Shown in pieces: positions 18,822-26,836 of a stretch of 64,000 nucleotides of DNA. Numbering within the stretch: position 1 is the stretch's first letter; each line of letters starts with the position of its first letter. Position numbers and translations under genes: made by a program. The notes beneath the pieces were generated by a model, which made no database searches, was not told the DNA's origin, and saw nothing but the letters and a program-made list of their open reading frames with translations. Source of the stretch: Candidatus Gastranaerophilales bacterium (GTDB lineage Bacteria; Cyanobacteriota; Vampirovibrionia; Gastranaerophilales; Gastranaerophilaceae); contig CALVEB010000004.1 of the NCBI GenBank assembly GCA_944326465.1, forward strand, positions 21,717 to 85,716. The letters are read 5' to 3'.

Positions 18822-18924
18822 TTTAACTCCTAATCATTATAATGCTGAAAACTACAAATATATTATTATTAAAATATACTAAAAAATCAAGCGTTAATAT
18901 CCGGAGTTAACGACAATCTATGTT

Positions 18925-19578
18925 CTAATAGCCAAACTGTTCACGGGAATTCAGATATTCTTTGATTGAATTCAATGATGCCTGAACAATACGTGTAACT
19001 CTTGAAGAAGAGAGACCCACCTGTTTTGCAATATCTTTAACCTGCATATTACGATAAAATCTATATTCTACAACCGTTCTTTCTTTAGGCGGCAATTTCG
19101 TAATGGCTTCCCTTATCATTCGGCCTAATTCTGTAATCTCTGCATTTTCATCCGGCATGGCATGTGTGTCTTTTATAAAATCAAACGGAGAATCATTATC
19201 GCTTGCAGCCGCAGCAAGACCGTCTATAGAAAGAATTGTTTCATAGACAGCTTCTCTGACTTTTGTTTTTTCATCGACTTCTGTTTCTTCTTCATTTTCA
19301 ACTTCGTCGTTTTTATGTTTAAGAGAGTACCATTTGTATCTTATTCTTAATTCGTTTCTGATAGCCCATCTGACAGCAGTTGCAATATATGCCGCGTTAT
19401 ATTTTTCAAGCTGTTCGGGCGATTTATTCTGAACAAGAGCCTGTATCGCAAGGATCCCGATTGATACAAGTTCTTCGTAATCAACCATATGCGAAGGTAT
19501 ACGCCTGTATTCCACACGCGCAACTTTTTGTACTATATCTATATATTCTTGTAATTTATTTTTGTCTTGCATAATCAT
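18925..19578 (-). CDS. fliA: Sigma-28-type (FliA/WhiG-like) RNA polymerase sigma factor
   Basis: 217 aa. Sigma-70 regions 2 and 4 (YEELVSIGILAIQALV...; VKDIAKQVGLSSSRVTRIVQASL). It lies directly downstream of flhB. Confidence 0.75.
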   Translation of the reverse strand: MIMQDKNKLQEYIDIVQKVARVEYRRIPSHMVDYEELVSIGILAIQALVQNKSPEQLEKYNAAYIATAVRWAIRNELRIRYKWYSLKHKNDEVENEEETEVDEKTKVREAVYETILSIDGLAAAASDNDSPFDFIKDTHAMPDENAEITELGRMIREAITKLPPKERTVVEYRFYRNMQVKDIAKQVGLSSSRVTRIVQASLNSIKEYLNSREQFGY

Positions 19579-19603
19579 GATTACTATAATAATATCATAA
19601 GTT

Positions 19604-20680
19604 CTACTTTATTCTACCTTTATTTGTAGTATTTTTCAAGTTATAAACAAAAAGCAGAATTTCTGCAACTGCTTTATAAAGCTCAGGCGGAATCATCTGA
19701 TTCAAGTCAACCATTTTAAAAAGCGCCCTCGCAACCGGCGGGTTTTCAATAACAGGTATTGCATGTTCATTTGCTATTTTAATAATTTTTTTAGCGATTA
19801 ACTCTGTACCTTTTGCAATAAGCATAGGAGAAGCCATTTCTTCAGCCTTGTATTTTAAAGCGCAGGCGATATGCGTCGGATTGGTAACAACAAAGTCAGC
19901 TTCCGGAACAGCATCCATCATACCTCTTTGCAGCATTTGCATCCTTCGTTGCCGCAGGGCAGCTTTTACATTCGGATCGCCTTCTGTGTTTTTGTATTCA
20001 TCTTTTATTTCTTTAAATGACATTTTCTGGTCTTTTAAAAACTTCCATTTTGTAACCCCGTAGTCAGCAGCAGCTATTACAAGAAAGGCTATACAGGCCT
20101 GAAAAATAAAATCAGTAATAAGTTTTCCGAACTCTATCATTACGGCAAAATTGTTATCAACAGCAGCCAGCATTAAGATGCTTTCTATGTGCTTTGTATA
20201 TACACTCCAGCCTATATACCCCAGAAGAACAACTTTAACAATATTTTTCATCAATTCAAAAATAGTTTTTATAGACATAATATTTTTAAAATATTTAGTA
20301 GGGTTAAGTTTATCGAGTTTCGGCATTAACGGCGCAGTCGCAACAAGCGGTCCCACCTGAATAAAGTCAGCCATAATAGCCACAAACCATGCCAGAAACA
20401 ATATAGGCCCTATGATTAAAAAAGTAGTCTTGAGTGTAATCGTAAGAATATAACTCATTCCTATCTCTGAAAGATGCGCGTTCGGTATTTGCTCGTACAG
20501 CAGTGTGTAAAGTTGAACTATCTGATCCCAGACAAAAGGCGCAAGTCCGACAATTGCAGAAAAAAGTATAAGTAAAGAAAGGGCTGTTGAAAAATCTTTT
20601 GATTTTACAACCTGACCTTCTTTTCTCGCTTGTTCCAATTTACGCGGCGTGGCGTCAAATTGCTTGTCTTCATCACCCAT
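19604..20680 (-). CDS. flhB: Flagellar type III export protein FlhB
   Basis: ATPRKLEQARKEGQVVKSKDF N-terminus, four TM segments, and the NPTH autocleavage site (VVTNPTHIACALKY). Confidence 0.9.
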   Translation of the reverse strand: MGDEDKQFDATPRKLEQARKEGQVVKSKDFSTALSLLILFSAIVGLAPFVWDQIVQLYTLLYEQIPNAHLSEIGMSYILTITLKTTFLIIGPILFLAWFVAIMADFIQVGPLVATAPLMPKLDKLNPTKYFKNIMSIKTIFELMKNIVKVVLLGYIGWSVYTKHIESILMLAAVDNNFAVMIEFGKLITDFIFQACIAFLVIAAADYGVTKWKFLKDQKMSFKEIKDEYKNTEGDPNVKAALRQRRMQMLQRGMMDAVPEADFVVTNPTHIACALKYKAEEMASPMLIAKGTELIAKKIIKIANEHAIPVIENPPVARALFKMVDLNQMIPPELYKAVAEILLFVYNLKNTTNKGRIK

Positions 20681-20725
20681 AAGCTTGTACTACCTTTTCC
20701 CAGTATTATATCATAAAAGCAACGG

Positions 20726-21499
20726 TTATTCTTTCTGATAAGCCCACGCTGAATGATTATGTATGCTTTCAAAAGCCTCGCATTCTACTTCAAACTCTTT
20801 CACAACTGGATTTTTACGCAATTTTACAACAACATCACGCAATACATCCTCTACGAATTTAGGGTTTGCGTATGCTTTTTCAGTGACAAATTTTTCGTCC
20901 TCACGTTTTAAAAGCGGATATACTTCGCAAGACGCACATTCTTCAATCATTTTGATTAAGTCTTCAAGCCAGATATGTTCGTTTTCGTCATAAGATACTT
21001 TTACGCTGATAAATGCACGTTGATTGTGCGCACCGTTATCAGAAATTTCTTTTGAACAAGGACATAATGTAGTTACCGGCACAACCACTCCGAGTATAAA
21101 TTTATATTCAGAGTTCTCAATCCGCCCTTCAAATGTGCATTCATAACTCATAGGAGCAATATATCCTGTTACCGGTGATTTTTTATCTATAAAATATTTG
21201 AATTTGAATTGTAATTCGCCGCTTTGCGCATTCAAGTTTTTTATAATTTTTTCAAGACAGCCTTTTATATCCACTCCAAGCAGATTTTTGTGCTGCCATT
21301 CGGTTAAAACTTCTACAAAACGCGACATGTGAGTACCTTTATAATCCCGCGGCAATGAAACACTTACCCGCGCTTTTGCGCATACAATCTGGTTCGAACT
21401 GTTTTTTCGCTGAATTATCAACGGTAATTCAAGGTGTTTTATACCGACTTTTTGGATATCCACTTCCCGCGTATCTTTTTGATTTTGAATGTCTTTCAT
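20726..21499 (-). CDS. folE2: GTP cyclohydrolase I type 2 (FolE2/GCYH-IB)
   Basis: QKVGIKHLELPL...KGTHMSRFVEVL...TLCPCSKEIS are family motifs. Confidence 0.85.
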   Translation of the reverse strand: MKDIQNQKDTREVDIQKVGIKHLELPLIIQRKNSSNQIVCAKARVSVSLPRDYKGTHMSRFVEVLTEWQHKNLLGVDIKGCLEKIIKNLNAQSGELQFKFKYFIDKKSPVTGYIAPMSYECTFEGRIENSEYKFILGVVVPVTTLCPCSKEISDNGAHNQRAFISVKVSYDENEHIWLEDLIKMIEECASCEVYPLLKREDEKFVTEKAYANPKFVEDVLRDVVVKLRKNPVVKEFEVECEAFESIHNHSAWAYQKE

Positions 21500-21645
21500 T
21501 ATTTGAAAACTCTTTCTTAATATTTCTTAATAAATAGACTCATTTTTAGCAATTTTTTCATGCCCGCTGCCTTTATATAAATATAAAGCTCTCTCTTCTT
21601 ATTTAAACGGATAGGCCTTGAATACCAAGGTCTTTTTTTTTGCCT

Positions 21646-22125
21646 TTATTTTGTAACGCAGCTTTCAGATGCGTCAAGTTTTTTTCTGATATCTAAATAT
21701 CTGTTTAATTCTGTTCTTAATTTTTTCAAATCCGTATAAATACCGTTTGTTATATGAACTCTGTTTTCATATTTCGGATCAAAGATATACAGCGTAGGCA
21801 GACTTGTTACAGCACAATCTTCTGCAAGCGCAAGATTTTCTTGCGCTTCGCCGTTAAGCATAACAAAATTATAATCATCTTTGTATAATTTGCTTATGAT
21901 TTTGAATTTTGGCATAAATTTTTTGCAGTACCCGCACCAGTCTGTGTAAAATAAAACAACAGCCGGTTTGTCAGAACGCATTGCCTCCGGATATGTAATC
22001 CCTATTTTGTATTCAGAAGGTGTCATTGTCGCCGGATTTAGCGCGCCGCTTGCAAATGTAAATCCAATTGTTGCAAATATTATTGCAAGTACTGTTCCTA
22101 ACGTAATCAATATTTTCTTTTTCAT
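21646..22125 (-). CDS. Thioredoxin-fold protein with a signal anchor
   Basis: MKKKILITLGTVLAIIFATIGF followed by VVLFYTDWCGYCKKFMP (CxxC thioredoxin motif). RBS GGAAGGAG. Confidence 0.8.
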   Translation of the reverse strand: MKKKILITLGTVLAIIFATIGFTFASGALNPATMTPSEYKIGITYPEAMRSDKPAVVLFYTDWCGYCKKFMPKFKIISKLYKDDYNFVMLNGEAQENLALAEDCAVTSLPTLYIFDPKYENRVHITNGIYTDLKKLRTELNRYLDIRKKLDASESCVTK

Positions 22126-22305
22126 TTTAGCATTCTCCTTCCTACAATATATCATAAAAATATTGCAGCGTCATCAGTTTAAATACTTCTAAATACAGAG
22201 CAATTTGTTTTTTGCATATTACTTCTTAATGCAGCAATATGTGAGTTTTACGCTTATCTGTTTTATATAAATTTTTCGAATTTGAAATAAAACTTAATAA
22301 AAGGG

Positions 22306-22334
22306 TTGACAAAATATATATTATAGTATATACT
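22306..22334 (+). promoter_or_regulatory. Sigma-70-type promoter of the rpoD-like gene
   Basis: TTGACA (22306-22311), 17-nt spacer, TATACT (22329-22334). Confidence 0.45.
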
Positions 22335-22421
22335 AAGTATATACAGAATAGTCCGAAGTATATACTTGTCCCTAAAAAATCGTGTACATCTCAAATCCAA
22401 AGAAGAGAAGGAGTTAAGTCT

Positions 22422-23333
22422 ATGAGTAAGAATGCCCCAGTAAGAATGAAAAAAGTTGAATCATCCAACCCGGCGAAATTTGAAGTATTAGAAGCATCAA
22501 CAAGTAGTGAATTAGCGGAATACATCCGTGAAATTTCCAATTATCCGCAATTAAGTCCGGCAGAAGAAAGAGAAATTGCAAAGCGTGCTAAAGAAGGTGA
22601 TGCAGAAGCTAAAAAGCAGCTCATACAATCAAATTTAAAATTAGTTATTATTATTGCCAAAAAAGCAATACACATGTCAAAGCTGCCTATGGTTGACTTA
22701 ATTCAGGAAGGCAACCTCGGATTAATGATAGCAGCGGAAAAATTTAATTACAAATTAGGCTACAAATTTGCGACTTATGCAAGCTGGTGGATTAAGCAAT
22801 CAATGTTTAAAGCAATTTCAGAGCAATCTCATTGTATGAAAATACCTGTTTATATACAGGAAACACTTTCCAAATTTTCAAAAGTAAAATCCACAATGGA
22901 AAAAGAATACAATTGTCAGGTTAAAACGCAGGATGTAGCTAAGCGTATGAATATTGAACCGGATAAAATAGAAACATTTTTATCAGCATACACAAAAACA
23001 ATTTCACTGGAAAGCGGTTTTGAGAATAGTGATGGCAAAGATATGAGTTTTGCCGATATTATAGAAGATGAAAGCGCCTCAGTAGTTGAAGCTGTTGAAT
23101 TTGAAGGCTTACGCCGTGACATTTTGAATGTCGTATCAACTTTAAAAGAGCGTGAACAGGAAGTTGTAAAAATGCGTTACGGGCTTGAGGATTCAACAAG
23201 AAGGACACTGGAAGAAATCGGGAATATTTATGGTGTGACAAAGGAATGTATCCGCCAGACCGAATTGCGTGCCCTGAAGAAGATGAGAATGTCTACACTG
23301 GGGCAAGAAGTTCTGGCCTGCTATATAGACTAG
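22422..23333 (+). CDS. RpoD-family (group 1/2-like) sigma-70 factor
   Basis: 303 aa. LIQSNLKLVIIIAKK, FATYASWWIKQSMFKAISEQSHCMKIPVY, and region 4.2 RRTLEEIGNIYGVTKECIRQTELRALKKM. Confidence 0.9.
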   Translation: MSKNAPVRMKKVESSNPAKFEVLEASTSSELAEYIREISNYPQLSPAEEREIAKRAKEGDAEAKKQLIQSNLKLVIIIAKKAIHMSKLPMVDLIQEGNLGLMIAAEKFNYKLGYKFATYASWWIKQSMFKAISEQSHCMKIPVYIQETLSKFSKVKSTMEKEYNCQVKTQDVAKRMNIEPDKIETFLSAYTKTISLESGFENSDGKDMSFADIIEDESASVVEAVEFEGLRRDILNVVSTLKEREQEVVKMRYGLEDSTRRTLEEIGNIYGVTKECIRQTELRALKKMRMSTLGQEVLACYID

Positions 23334-23339
23334 AACAAA

Positions 23340-23373
23340 GGCGGGCGCGGACTCCTTCGCCCGCTGATTTTTT
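23340..23373 (+). terminator. Rho-independent terminator
   Basis: GCGGGCG-cggactcctt-CGCCCGC followed by a T-run at 23368-23373. Confidence 0.75.
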
Positions 23374-23507
23374 ATGTATTAACCGGTAGTAAAAAGACCT
23401 TTACATAAAAGGTAAAGTGTTATTTAATTCCTTTATATTAAGAATGAAATATTATTAAGAACATTTTTGTGAATTATTCTGTGCAAAATAGAGAAAGGAG
23501 AAAATCA

Positions 23508-23663
23508 ATGGAAGAATTGACAGATAAGGAATTAAATGTACTAAAATATTTAAAACAGGGATTAGCGGTGAACGATATAGCGGAACGTTGTGAAATTAGT
23601 CGTCATACGGTAACTGCCATAATATTGCATTTACATCGAAAGGGTGCTGTAAACAATACTTAA
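23508..23663 (+). CDS. Small LuxR/GerE-type HTH protein
   Basis: MEELTDKELNVLKYLKQGLAVNDIAERCEISRHTVTAIILHLHRKG. RBS AAGGAG before ATG 23508. Confidence 0.65.
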   Translation: MEELTDKELNVLKYLKQGLAVNDIAERCEISRHTVTAIILHLHRKGAVNNT

Positions 23664-23689
23664 CAACTGCTGCATATAATTCTGTGTCC

Positions 23690-23925
23690 ACCCTCTCCAA
23701 GGGGCGAGGGGCGGACGTAGTCCGCTCTTATACACTAGACACCCGCTAGAGGCACACAAAGTGTGCTCCTACACACTGGACACCCGCAAAAGTTAACGGG
23801 CATCCAGTATATAAAAGTGGACTGTGTCCACTCGCAAGGCGCCGACTCCCGCAAATCGTAGCAAAACTGCTGCGGTATGACGGATAAAAAACATGCAACG
23901 TGGAAAATCTCACAAGCATGTTTTT
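23690..23925 (+). repeat. Array of GC-rich modules: a variable perfect hairpin plus a conserved tail
   Basis: GCGGAC-gta-GTCCGC followed by tcttatacactagacacccgc. GGCACAC-aaa-GTGTGC followed by tcctacacactggacacccgc. GTGGAC-tgt-GTCCAC followed by tcgcaaggcgccgactcccgc. Two more hairpins share the loop cgtggRRaatctcaca (23891-23921 and 23979-24010). Confidence 0.7.
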
Positions 23926-23926
23926 A

Positions 23927-23963
23927 GGGGAATAAGGGATTAAGGAAATAAGGGAATAAGTTC
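23927..23963 (+). repeat. Octamer tandem repeat with TAA every 8 nt
   Basis: GGGGAATAAGGGATTAAGGAAATAAGGGAATAAGTTC, with TAA at 23933, 23941, 23949 and 23957. Confidence 0.8.
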
Positions 23964-24034
23964 TTTACAAAAAATAAGGCAACGTGGGGAATCTCACATT
24001 GCCCTATTTTGAAATCCTCTTAATCACTTAGTCA

Positions 24035-24151
24035 CTGTCTTGGATTTGCTCCACGCTCACGGAGACTCGCCTAAGGAGCGTTGCTCCAGTCGGCTCGTTC
24101 CGTTCGCTATCCGGACTCGCTACGCTCCGTCCGTCCGCAAATCCGCTAATC
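24035..24151 (+). repeat. 117-nt GC-rich core repeat, copy A (intergenic)
   Basis: 115 of 117 nt are identical to 46215..46331 by direct comparison. The ends are complementary (GGATTTGC...GCAAATCC) and there is an internal hairpin GGAGC-gtt-GCTCC. Confidence 0.9.
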
Positions 24152-24184
24152 ACTTAATCACTTCGAACTAAGAGGCCAAGCCTC

Positions 24185-25336
24185 TTAGTTCGACACACAT
24201 ATAGCGCGGCGGTTGCTGTTGTTCTTGAAGTACCAGATATTGTCATTGCCGGTCGTGTCGGAAGTGTCGAAGTACCGGTAGTACGCGGTAAGCGCATTGC
24301 GCTCCTCACTGGACCAGTAGTGGTAGCCAAGAGTAAGGGGAGGATTATCTTTGTATTCGTCCTTTACTTTAAGACCTAATTTGTCTTCGTTTGCTCCTAT
24401 TGTTACTTCATTGCCGTTGCTGTCTACATATAAATTACTTGCCAGTTGCGCAAGTTGTGCTCTCGTAGGAAGTTCCATGTCTTTATCTTTACATGCTTTT
24501 ATCGCTCCTGCCCAATAATTGGTTGAGCATCCACTGCTTGTATAGTTCTTATCATATTCACTTGTGCCATCACATGTGTCGATAGGGGTGTTTGCGGCAA
24601 AATCTGTGCTAAAGCACATGTCGCCTATAGGGTTATCGCAAGTAGAAAACGCTACACCTGATGATAATTCAATATCTTTTCCAACTCTATTAGGGCCTTT
24701 CTTTCCGTTTACATCTACCATATATGCCATGCAGCTTACCTGACTTCCTGTATCTTCTATTGGATCAGCGTAAGGGCATTCCGGCTGATATGCCATAATG
24801 ACTGTTGTCCCGTCTGCTACTACAAAGCTCATGGTATTTGTATTAGTTTGCCATTCCTTTAATCCCATGCTGCTTGCAGAAGTGAGACCGTTTGTTTCAA
24901 TTTCTTCTAACGCATCGTTCTTACCTGTTGTGACAACTTTAGGTGAATAACATTTGTTGATGTCATCCTTGTCACAGGTTTTGATTACTTTCATGTAGTT
25001 TTTGAAAGTGTTCATGAAATCCTCTGTAGTATCGTGTCCTGTCATTACACCGTCTACGTTCATACGGCGTACGGTTTCAGTGAGTTTCTTTTCCCACAGG
25101 TCTTTTGCTGTAGACCATGCTTTTTCATTGTGGTTCTGGATGAGACCAGGAAGGGTTAACGCGGCAACGATGCCGATAACCGCGAGGGTTATTAGGACTT
25201 CAGCCAAAGTGAATGCTGCTTTAGCGTGCGCCTGAGTGTAAGAGCGGGCTTGTCCACCTTTAGCGGTTGCCCGAGCGTAAGAGCACACTTGTGTGCCTTC
25301 TGCTAACGTAAATGCGTAATTTTCTGTTCTAGTCAT
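24185..25336 (-). CDS. Type IV pilin-like protein P2 (prepilin-type N-terminus, DUF1566-like C-terminus) with a 99-nt in-frame repeat insertion in the leader
   Basis: MTRTENYAFTLAEG-[insert]-AAFTLAEVLITLAVIGIVAALTLPGLIQNHNEK...VDVNGKKGPNRVGKDI...NYWAGAIKACKDKDMELPTRAQLAQLASNLY. RBS AAGGAGG. Confidence 0.7.
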   Translation of the reverse strand: MTRTENYAFTLAEGTQVCSYARATAKGGQARSYTQAHAKAAFTLAEVLITLAVIGIVAALTLPGLIQNHNEKAWSTAKDLWEKKLTETVRRMNVDGVMTGHDTTEDFMNTFKNYMKVIKTCDKDDINKCYSPKVVTTGKNDALEEIETNGLTSASSMGLKEWQTNTNTMSFVVADGTTVIMAYQPECPYADPIEDTGSQVSCMAYMVDVNGKKGPNRVGKDIELSSGVAFSTCDNPIGDMCFSTDFAANTPIDTCDGTSEYDKNYTSSGCSTNYWAGAIKACKDKDMELPTRAQLAQLASNLYVDSNGNEVTIGANEDKLGLKVKDEYKDNPPLTLGYHYWSSEERNALTAYYRYFDTSDTTGNDNIWYFKNNSNRRAICVSN

Positions 25337-25354
25337 ATTCCCTCCTTAATTCAT

Positions 25355-25418
25355 GTTATAACATTATTATAACCTATTTACAAAAATTACTGTCATAATA
25401 GTTATAACATTGTTACAA
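25355..25418. promoter_or_regulatory. Two operator-like sites GTTATAACATT(A/G)TTA(T/C)AA, 46 bp apart
   Basis: Sites at 25355-25373 (inverted repeat GTTATAA/TTATAAC) and 25401-25418, between P2 and the divergent AbrB-like gene. Confidence 0.4.
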
Positions 25419-25438
25419 TGTTTAACCATGAAGGCTAT

Positions 25439-25588
25439 ATGATAAGAAAAATAATACAGATAGGAAACAGTTGGGGCGTTATAATTCCGCTGCCAATACT
25501 GGAACTGATTAAAATAAACCCAATAAAAGACAGAGTTGAATTTAGCGTTGAAAAAGATTGTATAATCATTAAAAAAGTTAAAGAATAA
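25439..25588 (+). CDS. AbrB/MazE/SpoVT-family small DNA-binding protein (49 aa)
   Basis: Below the ORF-track size cutoff. MIRKIIQIGNSWGVIIPLPILELIKINPIKDRVEFSVEKDCIIIKKVKE contains the IGNSxGVxIP swapped-hairpin motif. Confidence 0.6.
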   Translation: MIRKIIQIGNSWGVIIPLPILELIKINPIKDRVEFSVEKDCIIIKKVKE

Positions 25589-25608
25589 TTTTTATATGAA
25601 CAATTATT

Positions 25609-26721
25609 TTAGATATCAATATCTTTCCGGTAATATTTATGTTCCATCCGGATTTTTTCAGCATAATTTTTCAGCGCCGGAAACGGATTTTCTGAATTAG
25701 TACAAATTGAGAGCACACGCCCGCCATTTGAATATAATTTTCCATCTTTTGTCTCAACTCCGGCAAAATAAACATCAATATCCATATCTTCCGGCAATGT
25801 AATTTCATCACCTTTAACCGGCTCTTCAGGATAACCTTCTGACGCAATTGTTAAACACGCGCCAACGCCATCGTGATATTCCGGCTCTGCCCCATTCAGC
25901 AAGATATCAAGAAAATCATTTTTGAGATTAGTTAAAATCGCCTGACACTCTGGATCGCCAAGCCGCACATTATATTCTAAAACATACCAGTCCCCGCGCG
26001 TCCAGATTAATCCCGAATAAATAAAACCGTTAAAATCCGCGCCTTCAGCCAAAAGTGCTTTTTCAAGTTTTTCTAAATATATTTGTAATTTAATTTGCTG
26101 CTCATCCGTCAGATTAACCGGTGTATAAGCCCCCATACCGCCGGTATTCGGAGCATCTTTGGCTGCAGAAAGCCGCTTGAAATCTCTTGCCGGTCTGAAA
26201 TTTATCAGTCTGCCGTTATAAAGATATGACATAACAGAAATCTCTTCCCCTTCAAGATATTCCTCTATAAAATACCTCATACCTGTGAATTTTCTGGCAA
26301 AGGCATTTTTTTCATCATTGTTATATAGAACTTTTACACCTTTACCCTTGCATAGTCCGTCAAATTTTAAAACCTGCGGAAAGTCATTTGATTCTATAGG
26401 AAGTAGTTTTGCGCATTTTATGCCATGATTTACAATAAATTTTTTAGCTGTCAGTTTAGAACTTTCGAGTTGTGAGAATTTCTTATCAACCCCGATGCAT
26501 TTAATCCCGCGTGCTGTAAATTCATCAACAAGTCCGTCACAAATCGGTTGTTCGGGGCCAAATATTACTATATCCACCAATCGTGTATCAGGTATTTGTA
26601 AAAACTTGCGGCAATCATCTTCAGAGATTAATTCTACTGATTTACATAACAAAGATTTTTCACAGGCTGTTTTTATTGCCTGTTCTCTTGCTCCGTTACC
26701 TACAACCCATATATATGACAT
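25609..26721 (-). CDS. purD: Phosphoribosylamine-glycine ligase
   Basis: IWVVGNGAREQAI N-terminus and ATP-grasp blocks (NTGGMGAYTP, VLEYNVRLGDPE). Confidence 0.9.
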   Translation of the reverse strand: MSYIWVVGNGAREQAIKTACEKSLLCKSVELISEDDCRKFLQIPDTRLVDIVIFGPEQPICDGLVDEFTARGIKCIGVDKKFSQLESSKLTAKKFIVNHGIKCAKLLPIESNDFPQVLKFDGLCKGKGVKVLYNNDEKNAFARKFTGMRYFIEEYLEGEEISVMSYLYNGRLINFRPARDFKRLSAAKDAPNTGGMGAYTPVNLTDEQQIKLQIYLEKLEKALLAEGADFNGFIYSGLIWTRGDWYVLEYNVRLGDPECQAILTNLKNDFLDILLNGAEPEYHDGVGACLTIASEGYPEEPVKGDEITLPEDMDIDVYFAGVETKDGKLYSNGGRVLSICTNSENPFPALKNYAEKIRMEHKYYRKDIDI

Positions 26722-26748
26722 TTATACCTCCTATAATGATTTATTATA

Positions 26749-26820
26749 GTCGAACAAGTGTCGTTTTTCAACGATAGTGTGAGCAGGGCGCAAGCGTGTT
26801 GAAAAGGATACTTATTCGAC
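26749..26820. repeat. Long imperfect hairpin inside the purN-purD intergenic region
   Basis: GTCGAACAAGTGTCGTTTTTCAAC ... GTTGAAAAGGATACTTATTCGAC, with a GC-rich loop gtgtgagcagggcgcaagc. Confidence 0.6.
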
Positions 26821-26836
26821 AAATCCATTTTAACAA

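Noticed and set aside
23690-23925. Possible CRISPR array, given regularly recurring conserved segments with variable segments in between
   Set aside because: The variable parts are short, perfect palindromes of about 15 nt rather than unique spacers of 30-40 nt. The conserved parts are only about 21 nt and there are only 2-3 units. No cas genes are present in the window.
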